Positions 27,320 to 39,300 of a stretch of DNA of 45,928 bases are shown here, one piece after another (within the stretch, counting starts at the first letter, position 1; every line of letters starts with the position of its first letter). The notes under the pieces were generated by a model that was not told the origin of the DNA, did not search any database, and was given only the letters and a program-made list of their open reading frames with translations. Both the position numbers and the translations under genes were made by a program. The stretch comes from a virus (Duplodnaviria; Caudoviricetes), in IMG/VR virus record IMGVR_UViG_3300037657_000286, positions 1 through 45,928 of that record, one strand, 5' to 3'.

Positions 27320-30300
27320 ATGGCTCTCCGAGACGAAATAACAGCAGCTTATCAGCAGAAGATCCAGCAGCCCAATCTTCGCAAAGAGATTGAGGCGGCA
27401 TACAATGAAAAGGCCCTGGCGGAAGGGGCCAACCGTTCAGCCTTGGGCGAGATCGGCACAGGACTGAAACGCGGCATTATCGGGGAACTCCCGGACACGA
27501 CCGGGAAGGCGATGCAGTGGGCCTCCGACCAAGACGGCGGGAGATTAAGCCAGACCGTCAACGCACTGGGCAAGAGTATCTCGGATAAGGCTGAGAAGAC
27601 CCTCGCCCGTCCTGATCTTCAGTTGAATCCCGATTCACATAATATCGTCACCAACTCGCTGGCCTCCGGCGCGGAGATGCTCGCCCCCTCAGTGGCGTTT
27701 CCTCTTGCCATAGGCGCAGGGCTGTCGCTTGCCCCTGAAGCGGCTGTAGGCGGTGCCTTGGGCCTTGGTTTGGCTTCCCTTGGCGGGGCTGTCCCTATGG
27801 GTATGGCGCAGGCTCAGTCAACCTATGAGAATGTCAAAAAAGCCGGAGGAGATGAAGACAAGGCGACGACGGCGGGATGGAAGTCGGGGGCGATAGAGAC
27901 AGGCGGGGAGACGGTTGGTACGTTCCTTGGCGGCAAACTCCTCGGAATAGGCGGCAAGGTTTTAGGCAAAGCAACGCAGCCGACAATGGCCTCATCCCTT
28001 GGTACCATCACCGGAAAAGAGGTATTGAAGCCATTCGGCAAGCAACTCGCTACCACGGCTGGCGGTGAAGTCGCCACCGAGATGGGGCAAAGTTACGGCC
28101 AGGCAAAGGTTGAACAAGGGGCAGGGGTTGCCGTAGACCCCTTGCGACAGACACTGGATGTTATTGGCCCGACTCTCGGAATGACTGCCCTCCTCGCCCC
28201 CTTTGGCCTCGCTGGCCATTTCAAGAACGCCAAGAGGGCCGAGGCAATTGATACCATCCTGACTAATCCCGCAGCAGCAAAACCGGAAGAACGTACAGCA
28301 GTAGTCGAGATGCTGCACAAGGAGGCCAAGGCCAACAAGGTTCCAGATGCTGATATATGGCTGGCTGGCGCGAAAGAAGATATCCTTGCCGGCTCCCCTA
28401 TTCGCCGTGCATCCAATCCTGATGCTCAGATCCCCAATCCAGGAGAGTTGCCGGAATCCCTCACCAACGCCGTATCAGGTCTGCCGGTTCAGCAGGGTCC
28501 AAGTGCTGATCCGCTGGAAGACGAGGTGAATGCCCTGCTCAATGAGAGCCTCAACGAAGAGACGGTAGAACCTGCCGGGGTTGTGTCCAGGATGGCACAG
28601 AAGAGCATGGAGATACTCGGGCAGCAACCAGTAGCTCCAGATCAAGCGCTTTCAAGGCTGGCCGATGTGCAGGGCAATCCCTTGGATGTTGAGCGCGGCA
28701 CCGCCCCGACTGTTCTCCAGGACACCGCCAGCAGGTTGGTCCCGCAGAGCGGCCTTGATCAGGCATTCCCGGATTACTCCGAGTCCGAAGCGAACGACCT
28801 TCTCTATGATCTTGCCGACCAGGCCCAGGTTGAACAAGACTCCGCTGACAGCAGGAAGAGGAAAAACGATTTCGAGAACATGCAGCAGGAAGAGCAGGCC
28901 ATCCAGCGCTCTGTTGCCGCATCAAGGCCAGTGGAGGAACCCAACCCCGACCTCGACAACCCGGTGCCGATGAACACACCTCTTGCCCTGATTGCCAAGG
29001 ACTATGGCCGCGAGGTGTCGAAAGCGATGCGGGCGGCATGGAGGGAGGGAGAGGAAATTTCAGTGGTCGAGGCAATCAAGCGAGTCACTGGCAAGGAAGA
29101 ACCAGGAATTGGAGCAGAGGGCGAGTTTGAATCGCCACTCGCCACAGGAGAAAGCAATGCGACAGGAAAACAGGCAGAGGCGGAAGCAGACCAAAAAGAA
29201 AACGACAAAACGAAATCGGCAGGAGGGAACGAGGGATTGCTCAAGGTCGATGTCGATCAATCTGAGCGAAACGAGAGGGTGCTCGAGGGAGCATCACAGT
29301 TACCCGGAACTTCACAGTTATCCGGAGTAGATTCTCAGGAATTATCGACAAAGCCGGTTGAGGCTCATGAAACCCCTTCCGGTGAGTCACAAGCAACTGT
29401 TCAGGAATCCTTAAAAGTTCAAGCTGATCAGCCAGGAGCTGAAACAGTAACCGGGGCCGTCAATGATAGCGGTTCCAGCCCCACTCTTGTTGAACATACC
29501 ACGAAGAAAGGCAAGGTTCTCCGTGGCGTGGTTCGTAAAGATCTCTCCAAGTCCCAGGCCAAGGAGATCGATCAATTCTCTTTCAAAAAGGATGACGGAT
29601 TCTTTATCCGGGAGAAGTTCCTGAAAGACCTGCCAGAACAGCAGACGGCGACCGAGAATAGAAGCAATCCTTGGGATGTTCTTTCAACTGATGAGAAGCA
29701 GGTCATTGGCGAGTATTGGGGCAATGAAAAATTGCATCAGATCTCCTGGGAAAATTTCAGTGCCCTGCAAAGAGAATGGATGCAGTCGGGAGGGTACAGA
29801 GATCTCCTTGAAAATAAAAAAGCCAAGGCCCCAGCCTCTTCTAACAAATCTGAAGGAAAGCAAGAAGAAACAACCAAGCCAGTAATGAAGGCCGGAACAG
29901 GCCAGTCTCTTCCGGTCCCAGGCCGGCCAGAGTTGAGCTATGTGATTCATTACTCCACCATGGACAGGAAGCAGCAGGGGAAATTCACGGCCACAATCAC
30001 GAAGCCGGGGGCCGTTGGGGTTGTGCCTCTTCGTGGGTATGGCGATACGGAAGAGGCCGCTTTCGAGCGGGCTGTTTCTCAGTTGAAGAAGCCTGAGCAG
30101 TCCGATAGCCAGACCGTTCCGAGTGACAAATCTGACACTCCAATAGAACCCAAGGAGTCAGCCAAGGATAAATTCAGGAGTGCCCTTGAGCGAAGAGGGG
30201 CGGCCAGAACAGATGCTGGTGCGACCTTCATGGTTGTCTCAAGGAATGATGGGTATTATGAGGTAGAGAGAACCCATGGAGGAAACCGCGAGACCCTGTT

Positions 30301-33300
30301 TGAAGGTGAATCGCTGGACATGGAGGCGGCAAGGGACAGGGCTGTTGAGGTAGCGTTCAGCGAGCCGTCTAAAAATGGTCCTGAAATCAAACAACAGTCA
30401 AGCAAAAACAAAGAGCAATCACAGGAAGATACGCCAGATAATCAGCTAAATTCTTCTGCTAATGAAAACAAATCTGCGGAGGTTAGCAATAAGGGAGAGA
30501 CTACCAAGGATGAGTATGGCGCGGGGAACAAACTGGTTTCCCGGTCCAGAAAAGAGGAGCTGGTCAAGCGCCTGCGCGAGAAGCTCAACCAGGTCAACAG
30601 CGGGTTCGACCCGGAGATATTCGCCCTTGGCGCGGAATTGGCCGTCTTTCATATCGAGTCCGGCGCGAGACAGTTTGGGGCATACGCAAAGGCCATCCTT
30701 GCCGATCTTGGCACGGCGGCCCGGCCATATCTGAAGATATGGTACAACGCCGCCCGCGATTTCCCAGGCATGGACAGTACCGGTATGAACGGCTACGACG
30801 AGATCCAGGCTATCCCTGCCGGCAAGGAAGAGTTTACCAAGGATTTGATTTCTTCCGGCAACAGCGATACGCTGAAAGAAAAAGGAGGTGCCAGCGATGA
30901 GCAACTACAAACAGATGGCAGCGGAGTACCTGCAGAAACACGACCCGGAAGACCTGAAGCGGATGAAGCGCGAGGGGGTACTGGAGGAGTTCCTGGAGGG
31001 GATCGAGAGGGATCACCTGGAAACGGAAAGGACGGTCTTCAAGCAGATGACGGAAAACCTGCCGGACGACGACCTGAAAAGAAAGCAGGAGGAAAACCGG
31101 GCTCGGGACGTAGCCAGGGAGGTATCGACAAGCTACCTGAACGAGTTCCTGACCAGCCTGTAGGGGCGAACTACTCCATCACCGACGCGGACAATCTCGG
31201 GAAAGGCGGCGCCAAGACGAAGGCCAGGGACAATATCAGGGCCATCGAAATCTTGAAAGAACTGCGACAGACCGGGAAGCCCGCGACCAAAGAGCAACAG
31301 GCCGCCCTGGTCAAGTATGTCGGCTGGGGAGCCTCGGAGCTTGCCAACAATATCTTTCCCACCAAGAAATGGGATACCGTTTCCCGTAAATACATCGATC
31401 ACTTCAAGGATGATTCCTGGCGAGAACTCGGGGAAAAACTCAAGGAGTTGTTGAGCGAATCCGAACATGCCGAGGCCCAGGGTTCGACCCTCAACGCCCA
31501 TTACACCTCTCAGGATGTCATCCAGTCGATGTACCGCGCCCTGGAGCGCTTTGGCTTTGACGGCAAGGGCCGGATACTTGAGCCCGGTTGCGGGATCGGC
31601 AACTTCATCGGTCTGCTGCCGGAGAAATTCCAGCAGGCCAGATTCACCGGTGTCGAGATGGACCCGACGACCGCCGGCATTGCCTCCCTGCTCTATCCCC
31701 GCCATGACGTGCGGACGATGGACTTTGCCGACTTCAAGGCTCCCAACAACTTCTACGATATCGCTATCGGCAATCCCCCGTTTCTCGACGTGAAGGTGAC
31801 CGGAGATCCTGAATACGCGAAACAGAAGTTCCTCGTTCACGATTTCTTCTTCGCCAAGAGTATCGACAAGGTCCGTCCCGGCGGGCTCCTGATGCTGATC
31901 ACCAGCAAGGGGACGATGGACAAGGCGAGGGATAGGGCCAGGGTATACCTGAGCAAGCGGGCCGATCTGATCGGCGCTATCCGTCTGCCGCAGACCGCAT
32001 TCAAGGAAAACGCCGGTACCGAGGTTGTGACCGATGTCATTTTCCTGCGGAAGCGGGCCGATGGAGAGCTGACCGCCGGAGAGTCGTGGGCCGAGTTACG
32101 AGAGGTGTCCACCAGGGACGGAGATACCGTGTATGTAAACGAGTATTTCGCCAATCACCCCGAGATGGTCCTCGGATATCATTCGACCAAAGGCACGATG
32201 TATGGGCCGGGCCAATATACGGTTGAGCCGAAAGACGGATCTATTGCCGATCATTTCAATGAGGCGGTCAAGACCCTGCCGGAAAACATCTACCAGAAGG
32301 ACGCCGGCCGGGCGATAGACAAACAGGATCGGCTGGAGGTTGAATTCGCCCCGGATGCGATCAAGGAAGGCGGGTTCTTCCTCAAGGACGGCGACCTGTT
32401 TCAGAAAGAGAATGGCGTCGGCCGGCCGGTATCGGCAACCGGCGGCAAGAAGGCCATCATAAAAGACTTCATCAAACTCCGCGATGCCGTCCGCAACGTC
32501 CTCTATGTCCAGATGAAGGGAGACGACCCGACCGCCCTGAAGGACGCTCAGAATGAGTTGAACAAGGCGTATGACGGGTTTGTCGCCCTGTATGGCCACA
32601 TCAACAAGCATCGCAGCACCACCAGGATGTTGAAGGACGGGACGGAGAGCACCAGTACCCAGTACATCAATTTCTCCCAATTCAAGAGCGACCCCGACGC
32701 CTATCTTGTCGCCAGTATCGAGCGGTACGACCTCGACACCGGTGAGGCAAAAAAAGCTGACATCTTCACTGAGCGAGTGATTGATTCCCCGCGGGAACCG
32801 AAGATCGATACGGCGACCGACGCCCTGCACGTCTCCCTCTATCGCACCGGTGGAGTTGACCTGCCGCTCATGACCGAACTGCTGGGACAACCTGAGAAGG
32901 ATATCCTTTCTGCCCTGGAAGACCTCATCTTCATGGACCCCGATGGGCATCGATGGGTAACGAGTGATGAATACCTGAGCGGGAACGTCAAAAAGAAACT
33001 GGCCGAAGCGAAGGCGGCGGTCGAGGTCGATAAGAAGTTCCAGAAGAACGTCGAGGCGCTGGAGAAGGTCCAGCCGGAAGACCTCCCGCAATCCAGAATC
33101 GATGTCAACCTGGGGATGCCGCTGTTTGATCCTGAGCATATCGTCAACTTCTCCCAGGACGTGCTGGAGATGGGCGTCTCCGCTTCATACCTTTCGCTCG
33201 ATGGTAGCTGGAAGATCGAGCCGTTCAGCGGTCATGGGGCGGCGAAGGCGACCAGTGACTATGGTACCGGCCGGGCGAATGCCTCTTCTCTCCTCGAGGC

Positions 33301-36300
33301 GGCATTGAACAATATCACTCCGAAAATCTTTGACTACGACGAGAACCACAAGGCGATCCTGAACAAGGACGAAACCGAGGCCGCCGTTGAAAAGCTGAAG
33401 AAGATCAGAAAGGCTTTCAAGGAATGGGTATGGAGCGACCAGCAGACGGCCGAGACCATCGCCCGCCGGTTCAACGATCAGTATAACAACACGGTCAAGC
33501 GGGAGTTTGGTGGGGAGTACCTGAAGCAGATGCAATTCCCCGGCCTGAGCCGGGTAAAGAACCCGTTCGAGCATCAGCGGCGGGTTGCCTGGCGCATTAT
33601 TCAGCGGGGCAATACCTACATGGCCCATTCGGTCGGGGCCGGAAAGACCATCGCCAGTATCATCGCCGGCCAGGAGATGAAGCGACTTGGCATCAAGAAA
33701 AAGCCTGTGTGGGTGGTTCCCGGCCACATGCTGAAACAGTTTGCCGGCGAATTTCTCGAACTGTACCCGGCTGCCAAGATCCTTGTCGCCGACGAAGAGC
33801 AGTTCTCGAAAGAGAATCGCAACCGGTTCATGGGTCGGGTGGCGTCGGAGAACTGGGACGGCATCATCATCACCCATTCCGCTTTCGGCAAAATCCCCAT
33901 GTCCGCCGACTTCCAGGGCCAATTCATTGACGAGCAACTTCAGGACATCGAACTTCTGTTGGCCGACAGCGCCGGGGACCGGATGAAGCGGAAACAGCTC
34001 GAACGGCTGAAGAAACGGCTGGAGGCGAGATTAAAAAAGGTCCTTGATGCCGCCAACAAGGACAAGGGTGTCAACTTCGAGGAAACCGGGATTGACCAAA
34101 TATTCGTTGACGAGGCCCACGAGTTCAGGAAGTTGGATTTCTCCACCAACCAGACGAACATCAGGGGCATCGATCCTGCGGGATCCATGCGAGCCTTTGA
34201 CCTGTACGTGAAGACGAAATTCTTGGAGACGCTGGCCCCCGGCCGGTCCCTGGTCATGATGAGCGGGACGCCGATCACCAACACGCTGGGCGAGGTGTAT
34301 ACCATCCAGCGGTTTCTGCAGGAGGACAAACTCCGGGAACTGGGCCTCAACCACTTCGATTCATGGGCCGCAACATTCGGGGGAATGGTGACGAACATCG
34401 AGCAGACCCCTGGCGGCTCCTACAAACCGGTGTCTCGATTCGGAGACTTTGCCAACCTGCATTCGCTGTGCGCGATGTGGGCCGAGATCGGGGATTTTGT
34501 CCATGCCCGCGACCTGGATTATATCAAGCGGCCGAAGATCAAAGGCGGCGGCAGGAAATTGATTGTCGGAGAGACGGATCAATTGCAGCGGGACTACAAG
34601 AAGGCCCTGGCCGCCAGGGTCAAAGAGATTGAATCCCGGAAGCGACCGCCGAAGAAAGGCGAAGATATCATTCTGAGTGTCATCACGGACGGGCGACATG
34701 CGGCCATGGATGACCGATACGTTGACCCCAACGCCCCGTTACGATCCGACTCGAAGACGGCGAAGTTGATTGACAAGGGCATGGAGGTTTATCACAGGAC
34801 CGCAAAAGAGCGAGGGACGCAGATGATCTTTGCCGACCTGGGGTTGCCATCCTCTGAGGACAAGCGGGGCTTCTCTCTCTACAATTTCATCCGTGACCAG
34901 CTCATTGCCAACGGGGTGCCGCCGAATGAAATAGCCTTCATGCAGGACTACAAGAAGAGCGACCAGAAGCGTAAGTTGTTCCAGGACATGAACGACGGCA
35001 AGATCCGCTTCTTGATCGGCTCATCTATTGCCATGGGCACCGGTGTCAACGCGCAGAAGCGGCTGGTTGCCCTGCACCATTTCGACGCCGACACATATCT
35101 CCCGGCGAATATCGAGCAGCGGGAGGGCAGGATTGTCCGCCAGGGGAACACAAATAATGAGGTGGAGATTTACGCCTATATCGCCCGCGGCAGTTATGAT
35201 GAGACCATGTGGCAGTTCCTTGAAACCAAGCAGCGGTTCATTGACGATTTCCTGGCCGGCAATGTCTCGGTGGACAAGGCGTCGGATATCGACGGAGCCG
35301 CCGATTCGTTTGCAGAGGCCAAGGCCCTCTCTTCTGACAATCCGCTGGCTATCGAGTTGGCCGGGGTTAACAACGAGTTGAGCCGGCTCGAATCTCTCCA
35401 TACGGCTTTCAGGAAAGACCAGCAGACGCTGGTGTACAAGAAGGAGGCCGCAAAGGCCGGTATCCAGCGAATTGAGGGGAGTATTGCCACCATGGAACGG
35501 GCCGCTGCAAAGCTGGTCCCGACCAAGGGCGACAGCTTCAAGGCGACAATCTCCGGGAAGAGCTACGAGGACCGGGAGGCGGCAGGCGATGCGCTGCTCC
35601 GTGAGGTGGCGACCATCCTCAAAGGAGATCCGGCGACAAAAGATATTGGCGAGATGGGTGGATTTACTATCCAGATAAAAAAATCCATGCCCATGAACAA
35701 GCCATACGTCGAACTTGCGATGCTTGACCGGGAAACCGATACCAAAACCCCATGGCGAGAAATCGACCTCGAGAACCTTTCGGACGTATCGGCGCCAGGT
35801 CTTGTCATGAAGCTGGAGAATGGCCTGAACGACATCGGCAGCCGGATTGAAGGTATGAAGGAAAGCCTCCGGTCGAACCGGCGCCAGATCGAAGAAGCTG
35901 ACGCGCGGATCGGGCAAGAGTTCGAGTATATGGACATGCTTCGTGATAAGCGCAAACGCCGGGATGAGATCGAAAAAGAATTGGCGGCAGCGGATAAGGA
36001 AGAGACTGGTGGAGATGTTCTTCTCTCTCGGTCCTCCGACACGACTCCCACCGGCACCACCACCGGCCAAGTAGAAACCGAACTGCGCTCATTTCTCGGG
36101 CGAGGGTATGATAACCTCGTTCAGAAAGGGAAACTTGAGATCACGCAGGAACAAGGAGACTTGCAGGGCACCCTGCTTCGTACCCAAAGCCGCACAGTAG
36201 CCGGTGTCTATGATCCGAAGACCGGCAAGGTCAACCTCTTCGCCGACAACATCATTGCCGACGATGCCCGGTACGTCATGCTCCATGAGGGTGGTCACGC

Positions 36301-39300
36301 CCTGCTCCGCGAGGACAAGACTTTCATGGCCAAGCGGGAGAAGATCCTCATCTCTTTCGAGCGGTTGGCTCAGACCAACGAGTCCATGCAAGCAGCGATG
36401 GCGAAGGTGCCGGCCGATACCGCGGCTGAGCATCGCAGCGAAGAAGGCTTGATGTACTGGTTGCAGGACAAAACCAACCACCAGCACTCGCTGTTCCGCC
36501 GCATTATCTCCGTTGTTAAGGCCGCTCTCTTCCGCCTCGGTGTTCCTTTCGAGAACCTTACCGAATCCGATCTCGTTGCGCTGTTCACGCAGGGGACGAA
36601 GGCGTGGAGCCGTAAGGGCGGCGCTGCAGGGAAACAAGATTCTCCCCTCTTCACCTTCGCCGGGGCCAGGGCAGAGACAGCCGACAAGCTCACCCTTGCC
36701 GCAGCGCAGAAGATGGAACAACAGGGTATCGATCGGGATCAGATATGGAAGACAACCGGTTGGTGGAAGCTCGGCAATGACTGGAAATTCGAGATCGACG
36801 ACTCGCTGTCCGATGTCAAGATCGAGGACGGAACGCTTGACGAAGTGCTGGCCCATCCGCAACTGTTCAAGAGCTATCCCGGTATCGCCAAGGTCCGTGT
36901 CAGGCTTGAGGACATGGGATGGACCAGCCGGGGGAGTTATGACGCTGACAAGCGGCTCATCCGTATTAACTCAGATATTCCTGATTTATTGAAGCGCAGC
37001 GTTGTTCTTCACGAGACTCAGCATATCATCCAGAATGAGGAAAATACCCGAGGCGGCGCAAATTTCGGTTCGTATAAGGCAAGAATCTCGCTTGATAACA
37101 ACTTCCGGATCAAGGTGTTCAACACGATCAAAAAACAGCACGTCGATATCTCAAATATTCTCGATTCTTGGGACAAGGACGTAAACGGTCGCGGTGATAA
37201 ATATTACGAAGACCAACTGAACAAGACCAAGTTGGGAGCCGATGTTCTGGAACTCAAGAACTCCATAAAAGACGATCAGGTTGTGTACGAAGAGGCATAC
37301 AACCAGTATGCAACAACCATAGGCGAAGTCGAATCCCGCCTGGTACAGCGACGCCTCAATATGTCGCCGGCGGCAAGGAAGGCTACTCCTCCGTGGGAAA
37401 CGCTCGACAAGATGCTCCAGGCCGAAGGTTTGTTGTCGCCGGGCCAGAAAGCCGAAGATGTGTTGATCTCACAAAAAGATGGTGGCTCGCAGATAATGTA
37501 TAGCATGGCAGCCGCCGAATCCTACGACGACGGCCTGAAGGAATCGGCAGGTTCGTTCTATGAGAAGATCCACGACAAGCCGGATATCCCGTTCCTCGCC
37601 CGTATTTTCTCCACCCCTGAATATTATTTCAAGAATTTCCCGGCGACGTGGAAGTTGTTCAACGCCCAGCTCAACCGCCACAAAGAGAAGTTCAATCTTG
37701 AGAACGCCATTCTCGGCGATTTCGTCAAGGTGTTCTCCGGGGCGCAGAAAGAGATGAAAGAGGCCTACGAGAAGGTCAAGAACTATCTCCTTGAGGTCGA
37801 CGCCTCCGGGAAGTCGTATCGGCTTAAGCGCGAAGAGAAATGGGAGGTGGTTGATAATGACGGCCTGATCGTCGGCTACACTATGACCAAGCGGGAAGGC
37901 GAGCAGGTAGCCAGGGAGGCGGCAGGCAAGAGTGGCAAGCACATCAAGGATTATACCCCGACGAAAGTCGAGACATGGACCGTCATCGATCCCAAGGGCG
38001 CCGAAGGAGACCAATTTCTCGACGAGCAGGAAGCGGTTGAAGCGATGGAGCAGGCGGAATATTTCGACCTGGTCAACGCCGGGCACTCAAAGGATGAAGC
38101 CGGTCTGGTTCGACGGTTTCGCAGAATGACCAACACGGCCTTTGACCACATGATTGCCGACCTTCGCAAGATCATCCGCGAGACCGAAGCGCTGAATCTC
38201 CCCGAGCCGACTGTCGATGTGCCGGATGAATCACGACGATGGGCGGTTCTTGAGGATGGCATTGGAATAGCCAATTTCGCCACCAAAGCCGATGCCATGG
38301 CGGCAATCAAGATGCGGCGGGTCGGAGAGGAGAAGATGACGGGGGTAAGGCCGGCAAAGCTGGAGTACAAGAAGCTCAGTGATGCCGAGATAATGCAACA
38401 GGTCAAGCTATCCGGGATGATCGCCATGATGTCGGACCTGCGCGGCCAGTATTTTCCCCGGCAACGAAAACCGGGAGGCGTCATCCTCCGGGCGGTGAAA
38501 GGTAATGACAAGATCATGGAGAAATTCGACCTGTACCTGGCCGGCAGAAAGATCATCGATGCCGAGACCGGCGAGCAGCAGTCCCGGCCAATGTCTGAGT
38601 GGTTGCGGAAGTCGTTTAACAAAACAACTGGGTTCATCCCCTTCGTTGACACCCTGGAAAAGCGGGCGCGGCAGCTCCGGGCGCAGGGCTATGATATCGT
38701 TGTCGAGAAGGATGCCAAGACCCCCGAATCGGTGTTCGATGTGGTGCACCTTTCCGCATCTGTTGACGCCCTTCTTCGGGAGGCCGTGGGCAATGCCAAG
38801 AAGGACAAGCAGGGGCTGAACGAGCGGGCCATGCAGGAAGTCAACAAGATCCTGACCGCCAATGTCGCCGATCTTTTCAAGGCCCGCGGCTATATGTCCT
38901 CCAGGCTTCGCCGGTCATCCGAGTATTGGAAGGGGTTCGAGGAAGACCCGTTGCTGGCCGGGACGCAATACGCCAAAGGGATAGCATCCGGTATCGCAAA
39001 ACGCAACGCGGCGAAGAACATGATGGCGGCGATGACCGGCCGGGATCAGACGTGGGCCGAGTTCAAGGAACAGAACCCGGAAGGAACGTGGGACGAATAT
39101 GATTCTCAGGTTGAAGGCAAGCGGCTCGACCCGGGCAAACAACCGCAGCTTCACCGCGAGGCGCTGGGATTCATGGAAGAGGTGTTGCGGAACGAAGAGC
39201 AGATCGACCGGGTTATCGGCACGATGCGCGGGCTGGCGACCATCAAGTTCCTGGGGTTCCGGGTGTCGTCGGCAGCAGTCAACCTGACGAACATGATCAT

